Positions 19,012-28,196 of a stretch of DNA of 64,000 nucleotides are shown in pieces. The first letter of the stretch is position 1. Every line of letters begins with the position of its first letter. A program made the translations under genes and the position numbers. The notes under the pieces are model-generated. The model saw only the letters and a list, made by a program, of their open reading frames with translations. It did not search any database and was not told where the DNA came from. Origin of the DNA: Dehalococcoidia bacterium (GTDB lineage Bacteria; Chloroflexota; Dehalococcoidia; UBA6926); the NCBI GenBank assembly GCA_963666115.2, contig CAXXET010000003.1, positions 1-64,000 on the forward strand, read 5' to 3'.

Positions 19012-20400
19012 ATGGTCAGATTCATAGCCGTAACCGTCATCCTCCTCCTCGCCGCGTGCGCCGGCCCAAACCACGTATCCGTCGATACCCCCGCAGCAAC
19101 CCCACTCTCTATCCCTCCCCTGCTTGAGCCAACGACTAAAGACGGCGTTTCCCACTACGCACTCACAATCGCCAAGTCGCAGCACGACTACAATCAGGCA
19201 GGAATGACGGACACCTACTCCTACAACGGCATGTCCGTCCTCGGCCCCACCCTTCTCCTAAGAACCGGTGACTCGGTAGCCATCAGCGTCACAAACGAAC
19301 TGCGCGAGGTCACCACTACTCACTGGCACGGCGCAGACGTCCCCGCCGACGACGATGGCGGCCCCCACAGCCTCATTGAGCCCGGAACAACCTGGGTAGC
19401 CGACTTCGACGTCATCCAGCCCGCAGCCACCCTCTGGTATCACCCCCACGCCCACGGAACCACAGCCGAGCACGTCTACCGGGGCGCAGCAGGTCTGATG
19501 ATCATCGAAGACGACAACCCCGCCGCCGCAAGCCTGCCGAAAACCTACGGCGTTGACGATATTCCCATCATCCTCCAGGACAGGGACTTCACCGGGGATA
19601 GCCAACTCGACTTCGCCATCGACCCGGACGACGACGGCAATTTCTATTCCACCCTGACCGTGAACGGCACGATCAACCCGTTCCTTGAAGTGCCGAGAGG
19701 ACTGATCCGGCTCCGCCTGCTCAACGGAAGCCAGGCGCGAATCTATGACCTCAGCATTGAGGACGCCGACATGGTCAAGATCGCCTCCGATGGCGGCTAC
19801 CTGGCCAGTCCTGTCCCCGTCGAACAGCTAGTGCTCGCCCCCGGTGACCGCGCCGAGATCATCGTCAACGTCGACGAGCAATCCGTCGCACTGCTCGACG
19901 GCGCGTTTGGCCGGGTGCTGGAACTTCGCCCGAACGGGTCAACACCCGGCACGCGTATCCTTCCGGACGTACTCGCCTCCATAGACCGAATATCCGAGTC
20001 GGAAATCGACATAGACCGGAGCTTCCGAATGGCAGACGCGCGGAACTTCTGGGAGTTCGGCCCAACCTGGGCAATCAACGGAGTCCAGTTCGACAAGGAC
20101 AGAATCGATGTAACGGTGCAATTGGGCGATACCGAGCGTTGGACCCTCTCCAGCGATGACGGCCAGCACGTATTCCACCCCCACCAGGTTCAATTCCAAA
20201 TACTATCGATCAACGGCGAGCCCCCGCCGCCGGAGGAATCAGGCTGGGAAGACTCCGTGCTCGTAGACACCAACCGCGAGGTCATCATAGCCGCGCGTTT
20301 CCACACCTACGCCGCAGAAGACACCCCATACATGTTCCACTGCCACATCCTGGACCACGAAGACCTGGGCATGATGGGCCAATTCCAAATCGTGGAATAA
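19012..20400 (+). CDS. multicopper oxidase (CueO-like), lipoprotein
   Basis: HWHG, WYHPH, HVFHPH, HCHILDHEDLGMM; LAAC lipobox. Confidence 0.93.
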   Translation: MVRFIAVTVILLLAACAGPNHVSVDTPAATPLSIPPLLEPTTKDGVSHYALTIAKSQHDYNQAGMTDTYSYNGMSVLGPTLLLRTGDSVAISVTNELREVTTTHWHGADVPADDDGGPHSLIEPGTTWVADFDVIQPAATLWYHPHAHGTTAEHVYRGAAGLMIIEDDNPAAASLPKTYGVDDIPIILQDRDFTGDSQLDFAIDPDDDGNFYSTLTVNGTINPFLEVPRGLIRLRLLNGSQARIYDLSIEDADMVKIASDGGYLASPVPVEQLVLAPGDRAEIIVNVDEQSVALLDGAFGRVLELRPNGSTPGTRILPDVLASIDRISESEIDIDRSFRMADARNFWEFGPTWAINGVQFDKDRIDVTVQLGDTERWTLSSDDGQHVFHPHQVQFQILSINGEPPPPEESGWEDSVLVDTNREVIIAARFHTYAAEDTPYMFHCHILDHEDLGMMGQFQIVE

Positions 20401-20502
20401 CGCACCCTGTACGTCTGGCGGGAATCCAGCCCCACTCGCACTCAATGAAGTAGCGCGTATGATAGTAGAAGCAAATATCGACGTCTGGAAAGGCAGCGAA
20501 AC

Positions 20503-20865
20503 ATGGGCGCAACCCACGTCACCGTCAGGATCACAAACCCCGCCGACCCGGAAAAGTTCTGGGAAGGCCTCTTCCTGGTAGACACCGGCGCGACCGATTC
20601 CCTAGTCCCCCGCCAACACCTCGAAGCCATCGGAATTGAGCCTGAAGGGCAGCGCATCTATGGACTGGCCGATGGCAGTGAACTGACCCTTGGCATTGCG
20701 CTCGCCAAAATTGAGTTCATGGGCGAGTTCGTCGGAGGCACGGTCATCTTCGGCGAGCCGGGCGCGGAGCCTCTCCTCGGATTCACCGCCCTCGAATCAG
20801 TCGGCATAGAAGTCGACCCCGTAAACCAACGCCTAAAGCGCCTCCCAGCCGTCCGCCTAAAGTAA
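20503..20865 (+). CDS. clan AA (retropepsin-like) aspartic protease
   Basis: FLVDTGAT and PLLGFTALE motifs. Confidence 0.88.
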   Translation: MGATHVTVRITNPADPEKFWEGLFLVDTGATDSLVPRQHLEAIGIEPEGQRIYGLADGSELTLGIALAKIEFMGEFVGGTVIFGEPGAEPLLGFTALESVGIEVDPVNQRLKRLPAVRLK

Positions 20866-20941
20866 TCCCCTGCCCACCCCCCATCCTTCCCCGGAAAAGC
20901 CTGCCCCCCACGCGATACGGGGCATGAACCTAATCCCCTAA

Positions 20942-21044
20942 ATGTCATTCTGAGCGTAGCGAAGAATCCAAAATCCCTACTACGCCAACCCCCCGGTCGC
21001 TCATCCTGAGCCCCCCCCCCGCTCACCCTGAGCCTGTCGAAGGG
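20942..21044 (+). repeat. REP-like palindrome cluster
   Basis: ATGTCATTCTGAGCGTAGCGAAGAATCC and GCTCACCCTGAGCCTGTCGAAGGG. Confidence 0.85.
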
Positions 21045-21059
21045 CCAGTACCCCGGCCC

Positions 21060-21119
21060 GGCAAAGTAGCTCAGCGGCAGAGTGAGGCTTCATAGGCACT
21101 AGTTCACACTTGTGCTGCC
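21060..21119 (+). pseudogene. degenerate copy of the tRNA-Met at 18052, T-loop deleted
   Basis: GGCAAAGTAGCTCAGCGGCAGAGTGAGGCTTCATAGGCACTAGTTCACA vs GGCAACGTAGCTCAGCGGCAGAGCGGGCGCTTCATAAGCGCTAGGTCACA; ends TGCC; no GGTTCGA, no CCA. Confidence 0.78.
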
Positions 21120-21173
21120 CGACAGTACCCTTTAGTACAGATTCTGCTGCCTTGAAAGTACCAACAGGCAACA

Positions 21174-23234
21174 TTACTTGAATGACCATCCCAGCCTAAG
21201 CGGCCTCCCGTGTAGGGAGCGCCCATCCACATCCATGAAAGCCTTCAGGCTGGCCGCTGGGTCAGACATCTGGACAAAGGCGAAGCCACGATTGGCATTA
21301 GTCAAGTAGTCTCTAGGCACGGTGATCTTGACAACCTTGCCTACCTCTTCAAAGACTTCTCTCAGTTGGTGCTCGTCTACCTGGTAGTCAAGATTGCCCA
21401 CGTAGATGTCTCGTGACGGTGCAATTTGCGGAGTGACGTGATCAGAAGCCGCTTCCTGTGCATGTCGCTGTCGGTCTGGCCTGTCCTCGGCTCCACTGTC
21501 CCACAACTGAACTAGTCGATCAGTTGGATTCCCCGATTGGTCGATTAGATCCAGCCACCTCAGGAGCTGTCTAAGCTTGATCGCACCCTGGTAGGGGTTC
21601 TGACGGCTCAGCCTATCGGCTATCTGTTCATATTGAGTCTTGCCAAACCGTGGCTGATTGCCCAGAGCGACAGCCGCCTCCATAACCTCTCGATGGTCCC
21701 TCTCTGCGAGATCGGGGGTTCTGATGGCAAATCTTGGTACCTCTCGCGGCCCGCTGCCCTGGCGACGCGCAATAGTCCCGGCCTGGCTACGGCTGACCTG
21801 CGAGGATAGCAACCCCTTCGTTTGGAGTCGGTCAATAATCTGCCGATACTCTTCGGTATCAACCAGATCAAGCACCTCCCAGATCTGGCTTGGAGCAATC
21901 AGTTTGCCACCCCGACCTAGCAGTACGACCAGTTTCTCTTCTCTACTCAAATTGAAAGCGCTGTAGGCGTCGAGCCATAGCTGTTCGGTGGGAGCGAACA
22001 AGTTCCTTTGGGAAAACGTAATCGCAAAACTGTCTTCCTCGGACACAATCTCAGGAGGGCCAAGCTCATGGCCGTTCATCAGGGCGTTAATCCGGCGGAT
22101 CCCCTCTCCCATCTCCTGCATATATCCTAGCTCCCTCAGCACCCTCGCGATGTAGGTGTTTCGGGAATCATGTGCCCCTGTCCCTCGCCTGAGCTCTGTC
22201 AATTTCACCGTGGAGAGCAACTGGCCAGGGTTTCGAATTTCGAGCTTATCGTTGAACGCCAAGATTTCTAGTGACCGGCCTTCTGCACTGTAGTCTCTGT
22301 GTGCGATGGCATTCACAAATGCCTCTCTACAAGCGTCCTCGGGATAGGTTGTCTGTAGTTGGAAGGTGCCGCCCGCCAAGCGTCTCTGCACGAGGAACTG
22401 CCTGACCTGCTCCCAACCGGCGCTAAGCAGTTCCAGTATATTCCCTGCCTGAGAATCGTCCTTGCTAACGTTGTAATCTTTTCCGGTCAGGAGTTCTGTC
22501 CCCGAAATCTGTTGCAGCCGAATCTCTGATCTCGGGTGCCATCTTCTTGCGTCACGAGCAAAGAGCAACAATGCAGCGCGACGCAACCTAAGCGAACCAC
22601 CTGCGTATTCGGCGAGTCCCAGAGTCTGCAGGCATTTCTCCGTGGACAGTCCAGGAGAAATGGCCTCAGCTACGCGCTGTAAGAGATCATCTCGGAGGTC
22701 GGCCACAGTTGCACCGTCCACCCATTGCCTATCATATTCTCTAGATATTTGTTCGTGGCGCTCGAACCGAATCTGTTCGCTGGAAACGGGAATCGTGTCG
22801 GAATCCCTACGCTGCAAGCATCTGCCGTCACTGGTCAAGTGAACGAATCCAGTTCCTTTCTGCACATCAAAGATCAGAACAGTCATGCCGCCCAGTTCAA
22901 GCTGGCGAACCCTGACATCCGAAAGCGGCGTGTCAGGATGAACGTGCGTTGACGGGGCTTGCTTCAGAATCTCAATACCGTCGTCCGCATAGTTGAGGCC
23001 AGTAACGGTGCCATCGTCTTCGGCGCCTACCACTAGTGTCCCGCCATCGGCATTGGCAAACGCCACCAGCGTTTCCCCTACGTCCCGGGCGACAAGCTTG
23101 ACCTGGCGCCGCCTGTTTCTTTCTGGGCCCTCAAGTGCGCTCTTGAATTCCCGGAAGTGACTTTCTCCTTGAGCGAGGTCGTTCCGCAGCCGCTCGTCGG
23201 CGAGGAGTAGATGAGTATCGCCTTGGCCCAGCAT
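21174..23234 (-). CDS. Schlafen/AlbA_2 domain + HATPase_c_4 (RecG C-terminal-like) + C-terminal RRM fusion protein
   Basis: GESHFREFKS..VAFANADGGTLVVG; REAFVNAIAHRDYS..IRNPG..SRN..EMGEGI; C-terminal IYVGNL and RGFAFVQM (RNP2/RNP1); start may be TTG 23267. Confidence 0.85.
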   Translation of the reverse strand: MLGQGDTHLLLADERLRNDLAQGESHFREFKSALEGPERNRRRQVKLVARDVGETLVAFANADGGTLVVGAEDDGTVTGLNYADDGIEILKQAPSTHVHPDTPLSDVRVRQLELGGMTVLIFDVQKGTGFVHLTSDGRCLQRRDSDTIPVSSEQIRFERHEQISREYDRQWVDGATVADLRDDLLQRVAEAISPGLSTEKCLQTLGLAEYAGGSLRLRRAALLLFARDARRWHPRSEIRLQQISGTELLTGKDYNVSKDDSQAGNILELLSAGWEQVRQFLVQRRLAGGTFQLQTTYPEDACREAFVNAIAHRDYSAEGRSLEILAFNDKLEIRNPGQLLSTVKLTELRRGTGAHDSRNTYIARVLRELGYMQEMGEGIRRINALMNGHELGPPEIVSEEDSFAITFSQRNLFAPTEQLWLDAYSAFNLSREEKLVVLLGRGGKLIAPSQIWEVLDLVDTEEYRQIIDRLQTKGLLSSQVSRSQAGTIARRQGSGPREVPRFAIRTPDLAERDHREVMEAAVALGNQPRFGKTQYEQIADRLSRQNPYQGAIKLRQLLRWLDLIDQSGNPTDRLVQLWDSGAEDRPDRQRHAQEAASDHVTPQIAPSRDIYVGNLDYQVDEHQLREVFEEVGKVVKITVPRDYLTNANRGFAFVQMSDPAASLKAFMDVDGRSLHGRPLRLGWSFK

Positions 23235-23404
23235 CTGTCTACTCCTTCGGTCAATAATCGTTCCCAACTAAGTTAGCTTGCTTTGGACAGGGTGGCAACA
23301 ATACTTAGTACGCCTGGGACGCCCGATACTTTGCACAGCCAGGTGTTGGTCGCATGGCAGCGTGAAGGCCAGCCCTAGTCTCTCCCGCAAAAGCAGGCAC
23401 CCAC

Positions 23405-23456
23405 CCCGCTCACCCTGACCTCAACATATGTCTTCCTGAGCGCAGCGAAGAATCCC
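23405..23456 (+). repeat. REP-like cluster (degenerate)
   Basis: CCGCTCACCCTGA.. and ATGTCTTCCTGAGCGCAGCGAAGAATCC. Confidence 0.75.
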
Positions 23457-23457
23457 C

Positions 23458-24735
23458 CTAAACCTCAGTCCCCAAAGCCTCCAAAGCCTGCCGCACAATC
23501 GCCCGCCGCAAATCCTTCTCCTCCTCCGCGTCCAACTCCGCGTCGCCCAAGGGATACACGATGCCCTTCCCCTGCACCACGCGGTTGGAGCCGACCATCT
23601 TCGCCACCGGCGTCACCGCCGTCACCTGCGCCACGGGGATGCCCGCCTTTTCCAACTCCGTCGCGATCGCAGCGCCGCTGCGAGTGCTCGTCCCTCAAGT
23701 GGACGTCAGGATCACGGCATCGACCCCCGCGCTCTTCAGATTCTCCGCGATCTCCTGCCCGATCCGCCGACTGTTCGCAAGCGGATTCGCCAGGCCGGTC
23801 ATGGACAGGAACTGCTCATAGACCTTGCCGACCTCACCCGCCTTCTCCAGCTCCTTCAGAACATCGACGGGCACCAGCCGGTCCGGGTCGTTCAGCACGT
23901 GGCGATTGTCGTACCCCCGGTGATAGACCTCGTAGTCCTCCCCCTCCAGGTTATCGACGGTCGCGATGTCATACGAGCCCCAGATCGTCGACGCAATGGC
24001 GGGCATATTGTCCGGGTTGCCCGCCGGAACAAGCCCCCCGTCCGTCACAATCGCCACCGTCGCGTTGCTCAAATCTGCAACGGCGGGCGGCGCGGGAATC
24101 GGCTCGAATCCCGTCTGCGTCAACTCCGTCTCATACGGCTGCCCCTGCGTCTTGGCGACGATCATATTCGCCAGCCGCACCGCCGCAGGTTCCTCGACAA
24201 TCTCGTCGCGCATGATCCCGCGCGGGATGTAGCCCCACTCCGCCGGCCTGCCCACGTCCTCCCCGGACGCTGTGACCTTCGCGATGGCAGCCATCCTGGT
24301 CAGAACGTTCCGCATGTCCGCAACGTTCTCGCCGGAATCGACGATGTACAACTCCTGCCGGTACAAATCGACGCCCGGGTTCTCAACGCCCATCCCCGTC
24401 ACAACGGGAATCCCAAGCTCAGCCTGCACCGCCGCGCACAACGCCCCCGCCGCAACGCCGTAGCGCCCTGCCACGAAGCACGGGCCCGCCACGAACAGGT
24501 CGGCCTCGGAATCGCGCACCTCATTGACGACGAGTTCCATGACGGCTTCAAGGTTCTCAGCGGCGTAATTGTCGCCGCAGACAATCGTCTTGACGACCGT
24601 CGAATCGTCGCCAAGCACCTGCTCCAGCAGACGCCCCGGCCCGACCGCCTCGTTGCGCGTGTCCGGCCCGACGCCCGCCTCCTCTTCGCCGCCCAGTCCG
24701 CCAAAGAACTGGTTCAGATAATGAACGACCTTCAT
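23458..24735 (-). CDS. grdB: glycine/sarcosine/betaine reductase selenoprotein B family
   Basis: MKVVHYLNQFFGG..CGDNY..AGRYG..VDAVILTST-TGA(23697-23695)-GTSTRSGAAIATELEKAGIP joins ORFs 23695..24804 and 23458..23655. Confidence 0.92.
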
Positions 24736-24781
24736 CTCAGGCCTCCCCTGTTCCTCTCCTTGAACTCGCCCCGTTGCCGGC

Positions 24782-26044
24782 TCAGTACACCACCGCCCGC
24801 ACAACCGACGCCCCTTGCTGATTCGTCACGCCGCACAGCGCCTGCGCCGGTATGTGCCTCATCTGTGCAAGCTCCTGCGCGGCGGTGGGAGAACCGGCGA
24901 TCACGCGCTCAACCGGCTCAGCGTCCCAACCGATGTCCCCGCCTCCCCCGTACACAATCGCGTCAACCTCAGGATAGTTGAACAGCATTGCCGATTCCGC
25001 GCGCCGATCCCCGGACGAGTCCGAAACCTGAACGACGGTCTTCATGCCCAGCGCCTCGCAGATACGAGCAGTCTCGCCCATGTCCACGTGCGGCGCGCCG
25101 CCCCCGTACTTGGTCAGCACAACACCGTCCGCGTTCAGGTTCCACTTGGCCTGGTGCGCCGCCAGCAGGCAGTTCCTGTTGCGGTCTGCCTCAAGAGACG
25201 CCGCGACCGTCGCAACCGTCCCCACAAAGTTGATCTCGCCCGCCTCGTGCCGCCGGTACAGCTCCTGGATGATCGGATGATTCTGGTAGAAATAGCTCTC
25301 GACCCGCATCACCCAGTACGAGCACACAACCGCCCCGTCCATCCACTCATTCGGATGCATCGTCAGCGGAACCATCCCCTCTGTGTTGCTCCCATAGAGG
25401 ATGCGCTCATCCTCTTCCACCACCATCTGGTGCCCGTGAATCTGCCCGATGTACGCGATGCGCGGCAGCCCGTCCCGGTTTGTGGACGGCCCGTCGAGGT
25501 CGAACTCCTCTGTCGAATCGGCGGCCTGTCCGATGCCCGCGCTGCCAAGGAACACCGCCGCGCGCGCAGACGCCAGCCGCAGCGCGTTTAGCTCAACGTG
25601 GCGCGGCGTCCCCGGGATCATTCGTGGAACGATGACGACGTGATGCAGGTTTCCATAAGGCGAATTCGCAGCTGCCTCTCCGTGCATCTCCATCATCTTC
25701 GATGCAATGCCCGGTTCCTGCTGGGCATCGACAACCGTCAGCGCCGCGCCTCTCAGCACGTGCGTCGTTCCCTGCCCCGCCACGGCCATCGGCCCCAGCA
25801 GTCCCGGGAAATCGGTCCCTGTGCCCGGCTCCTTGGCGCGCGGCTCCAGGATGTCAAACACGACGCCAATACGGCACGGCTGACCGGGATTCGCCACCTC
25901 GATGTCGACGCTCTGGATGCGGCGGTCCTGGAGGATGGACTCCTGTAGCTCATCCGCGTCGACCGTCAGAACGCCGCCGTCAAGCGATGTCCCCGACCCC
26001 AGTTTCGCGTCGCTCACGTCATGGATTGCGAGAGTGAGTTTCAT
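24782..26044 (-). CDS. glycine/sarcosine/betaine reductase component B proprotein family (GrdE/GrdI-like)
   Basis: DILEPRAK..DFPG..GQGTTHVLRG, HPNEWMDGAVV, QNHPII, ADGVVLTK.G.G.P; directly upstream of grdB. Confidence 0.88.
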   Translation of the reverse strand: MKLTLAIHDVSDAKLGSGTSLDGGVLTVDADELQESILQDRRIQSVDIEVANPGQPCRIGVVFDILEPRAKEPGTGTDFPGLLGPMAVAGQGTTHVLRGAALTVVDAQQEPGIASKMMEMHGEAAANSPYGNLHHVVIVPRMIPGTPRHVELNALRLASARAAVFLGSAGIGQAADSTEEFDLDGPSTNRDGLPRIAYIGQIHGHQMVVEEDERILYGSNTEGMVPLTMHPNEWMDGAVVCSYWVMRVESYFYQNHPIIQELYRRHEAGEINFVGTVATVAASLEADRNRNCLLAAHQAKWNLNADGVVLTKYGGGAPHVDMGETARICEALGMKTVVQVSDSSGDRRAESAMLFNYPEVDAIVYGGGGDIGWDAEPVERVIAGSPTAAQELAQMRHIPAQALCGVTNQQGASVVRAVVY

Positions 26045-26150
26045 CCCAATCCCCCCCTGTGATATGGGCGCCAAAATAAGCCCTCTCACGTTGACACACA
26101 ATAGGCGTCATTGCTAGCCTCTGTCAATGACATAACGTGAAGGAGTTGAC

Positions 26151-27602
26151 ATGAACCATCCCGTTGTCAGGGAAATCAGGTTCTTCCTCGCCCACACGCC
26201 CGGCCTTGTGCGGCACGGCTCCAAACCCACAAGGGAAATCCACGCGAATCACAGCGTCTGGCAGGACATTCAGGGCAGTCTCCGCTCCTTCGATGACGCC
26301 GCAGCATACGCCCCCCACCAGGTTCTGCTCGGCAACATGAAGCCGGACGATCTCACCACTGCTGCCGCGCCCTGGTACGAGAACATGCTTGCCGAGTATT
26401 CGACGAGCGGCCCGCACGGCGAACTCGTCAATGAGGACCGGTTCCACGGGCTCCTCAAAGCCGCAGATGAGTTCGATCTCGTTCTGCTCGAAGAGGGCTA
26501 CGCTGCCCGCGTCGCAGCCGAACTCCGCAGCCATCCCCGCGTAACCGCTGAGGAAATCGAGCGCATCCAGGGCGTCCCCTACTCCCGCATTGAGGAGCGG
26601 CTGTCCTCCCGCGAGGGCGCGATTCCCCTGCTGACGCGCGACGGTGAGACCGTCGGCCTCGTCCAGACCGACTACGTGGACGACCCGTCGCTCGCCCCGG
26701 ACATCCTCCTTGAGAACCTTGCCGTCAAGGCAACCGCCACCATGGCCCTCCGGTCCGTCCTTGCAGAGTCCGGTACGGACCCCGCAGCTCTCCAATACGT
26801 CATCGGCTCCGGCGAAGAGGCCATCGGCGACCGCTACAATCGCGGCGGCGGCAATCTCGGCAAGGCCGTCGCCGAAGCAGCGGCATGCGTCAACTCCACC
26901 GGCGCGGACGTCAAGGCATTCTGCTGCGCCCCAGTCCATGCGATGGTTGTTGCCGGCGGCCTGATCACGTCCGGCGTGTTTCCGGAGGTGGCCGTCGTGG
27001 GCGGCTGCTCGCTCGCCAAGCTGGGCATGAAGTTCCGCGGCCATCTCGCGAAGGAAATCCCCGTCATGGAGGATGTGCTCGCCGGTTTCGCAGTCCTCAT
27101 GGGCCCGGACGATGGCGCGAGCCCCGTGCTGAGGCTCGACAGCGTTGGCCGCCACACCGTCGGCGCAGGTTCCGTCCAGCAGGCCATCGTCGAAGCCCTC
27201 GTCTCTGACCCATTGGACAGGCTCGGCCTGAAGTTCAACGATGTTGCCAAGTACGCCACGGAGATGCACAACCCGGAGATCACGGACACGGCGGGCAGCG
27301 GCAACGTCCCGCGCACCAACTACCGCCTCATCGCTGCCCTTGCCGCCCAGCGCGGCGAGATCGACAAAGGCTCAGAGCCGCGAGACAAGTTCGTCGAAGA
27401 GCACGGGATGCCCGGTTTCTCCCCCACCCAGGGCCACGTCGCCTCCGCAATGCCGTTCATGGCGCACGCTGTCGACGACCTGCGCGCAGGCGACTACCAG
27501 TACTCCATGTTCCTGGCAAAGGGCAGCCTGTTCCTTGGTCGCATGACCCACATGTCCGATGGCGAGTCCTTCATCTTGGAGGCGAACTCAGGCAAGGGGT
27601 AA
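26151..27602 (+). CDS. grdC: glycine reductase complex component C beta subunit (FabH-like)
   Basis: HTPGLVRHGSKP, LLENLAVKAT, SGEEAIGDRYNRGGGN, AKLGM, GMPGFSPTQGH, KGSLFLGRMT..SDG.SF. Confidence 0.9.
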   Translation: MNHPVVREIRFFLAHTPGLVRHGSKPTREIHANHSVWQDIQGSLRSFDDAAAYAPHQVLLGNMKPDDLTTAAAPWYENMLAEYSTSGPHGELVNEDRFHGLLKAADEFDLVLLEEGYAARVAAELRSHPRVTAEEIERIQGVPYSRIEERLSSREGAIPLLTRDGETVGLVQTDYVDDPSLAPDILLENLAVKATATMALRSVLAESGTDPAALQYVIGSGEEAIGDRYNRGGGNLGKAVAEAAACVNSTGADVKAFCCAPVHAMVVAGGLITSGVFPEVAVVGGCSLAKLGMKFRGHLAKEIPVMEDVLAGFAVLMGPDDGASPVLRLDSVGRHTVGAGSVQQAIVEALVSDPLDRLGLKFNDVAKYATEMHNPEITDTAGSGNVPRTNYRLIAALAAQRGEIDKGSEPRDKFVEEHGMPGFSPTQGHVASAMPFMAHAVDDLRAGDYQYSMFLAKGSLFLGRMTHMSDGESFILEANSGKG

Positions 27603-27673
27603 TCCATATCAAATTGGCGTATTATGTGCGGTAGCGGGGATAAACCCATCGCGCGATAGAGGGAGAAGGTGAC

Positions 27674-28138
27674 ATGGATCTTGCGGGAAAGCGAGTGATC
27701 ATCGTCGGAGAGCGGGATGGCGTGCCCGGCCCCGCCATTGAGGCATGTGTCCGCAGCGCCGGCGCGGAGCCGGTCATGGTGCAGACGCAGTGCTTCGTTT
27801 GAACCGCCGCCGGAGCGCTTGACCTGGAAGGTCAAGAGGGAATCAAGGCGACGGTCGATACGCACGGCGCGGATGATATGGTCGTGCTGCTCGGCTCGCC
27901 CACGCCGGAGAGCGCTGAAGTGTACGCGCGAACCGTGACGGAGGGCGATCCGTCCTGGGTTGGCCCGCTTGCCGGCATCGCGCTCGGCCTCCCTGTCTTC
28001 CACGTGCTCGAAGAAGAGGTCAAAAGCCAGTTCGACGCGAACATATATGAGGAGCAGGTCTCCATCATGGAGTCCGTCCTGGACACAGACGACATCATCG
28101 ACGCCATGCGCCAGGTCAGAGACGCCGTCGGCGTCTAA
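27674..28138 (+). CDS. grdA: glycine reductase selenoprotein A (CFVU)
   Basis: MDLAGKRVIIVGERDGVPGPAI...QCFV-TGA(27800-27802)-TAAGALDLE...TVTEGDPSWVGPLAG; not called whole in ORF track. Confidence 0.93.
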
Positions 28139-28145
28139 CCCTTGC

Positions 28146-28170
28146 CGTCATTCCCGCGAAAGCGGGAATC
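28146..28170 (+). repeat. REP-like palindrome CGTCATTCCCGCGAAAGCGGGAATC
   Basis: Variant of the CGTC-tagged hairpin family. Confidence 0.8.
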
Positions 28171-28196
28171 TATGCGGGAATCTAAAGGAGCACAGA

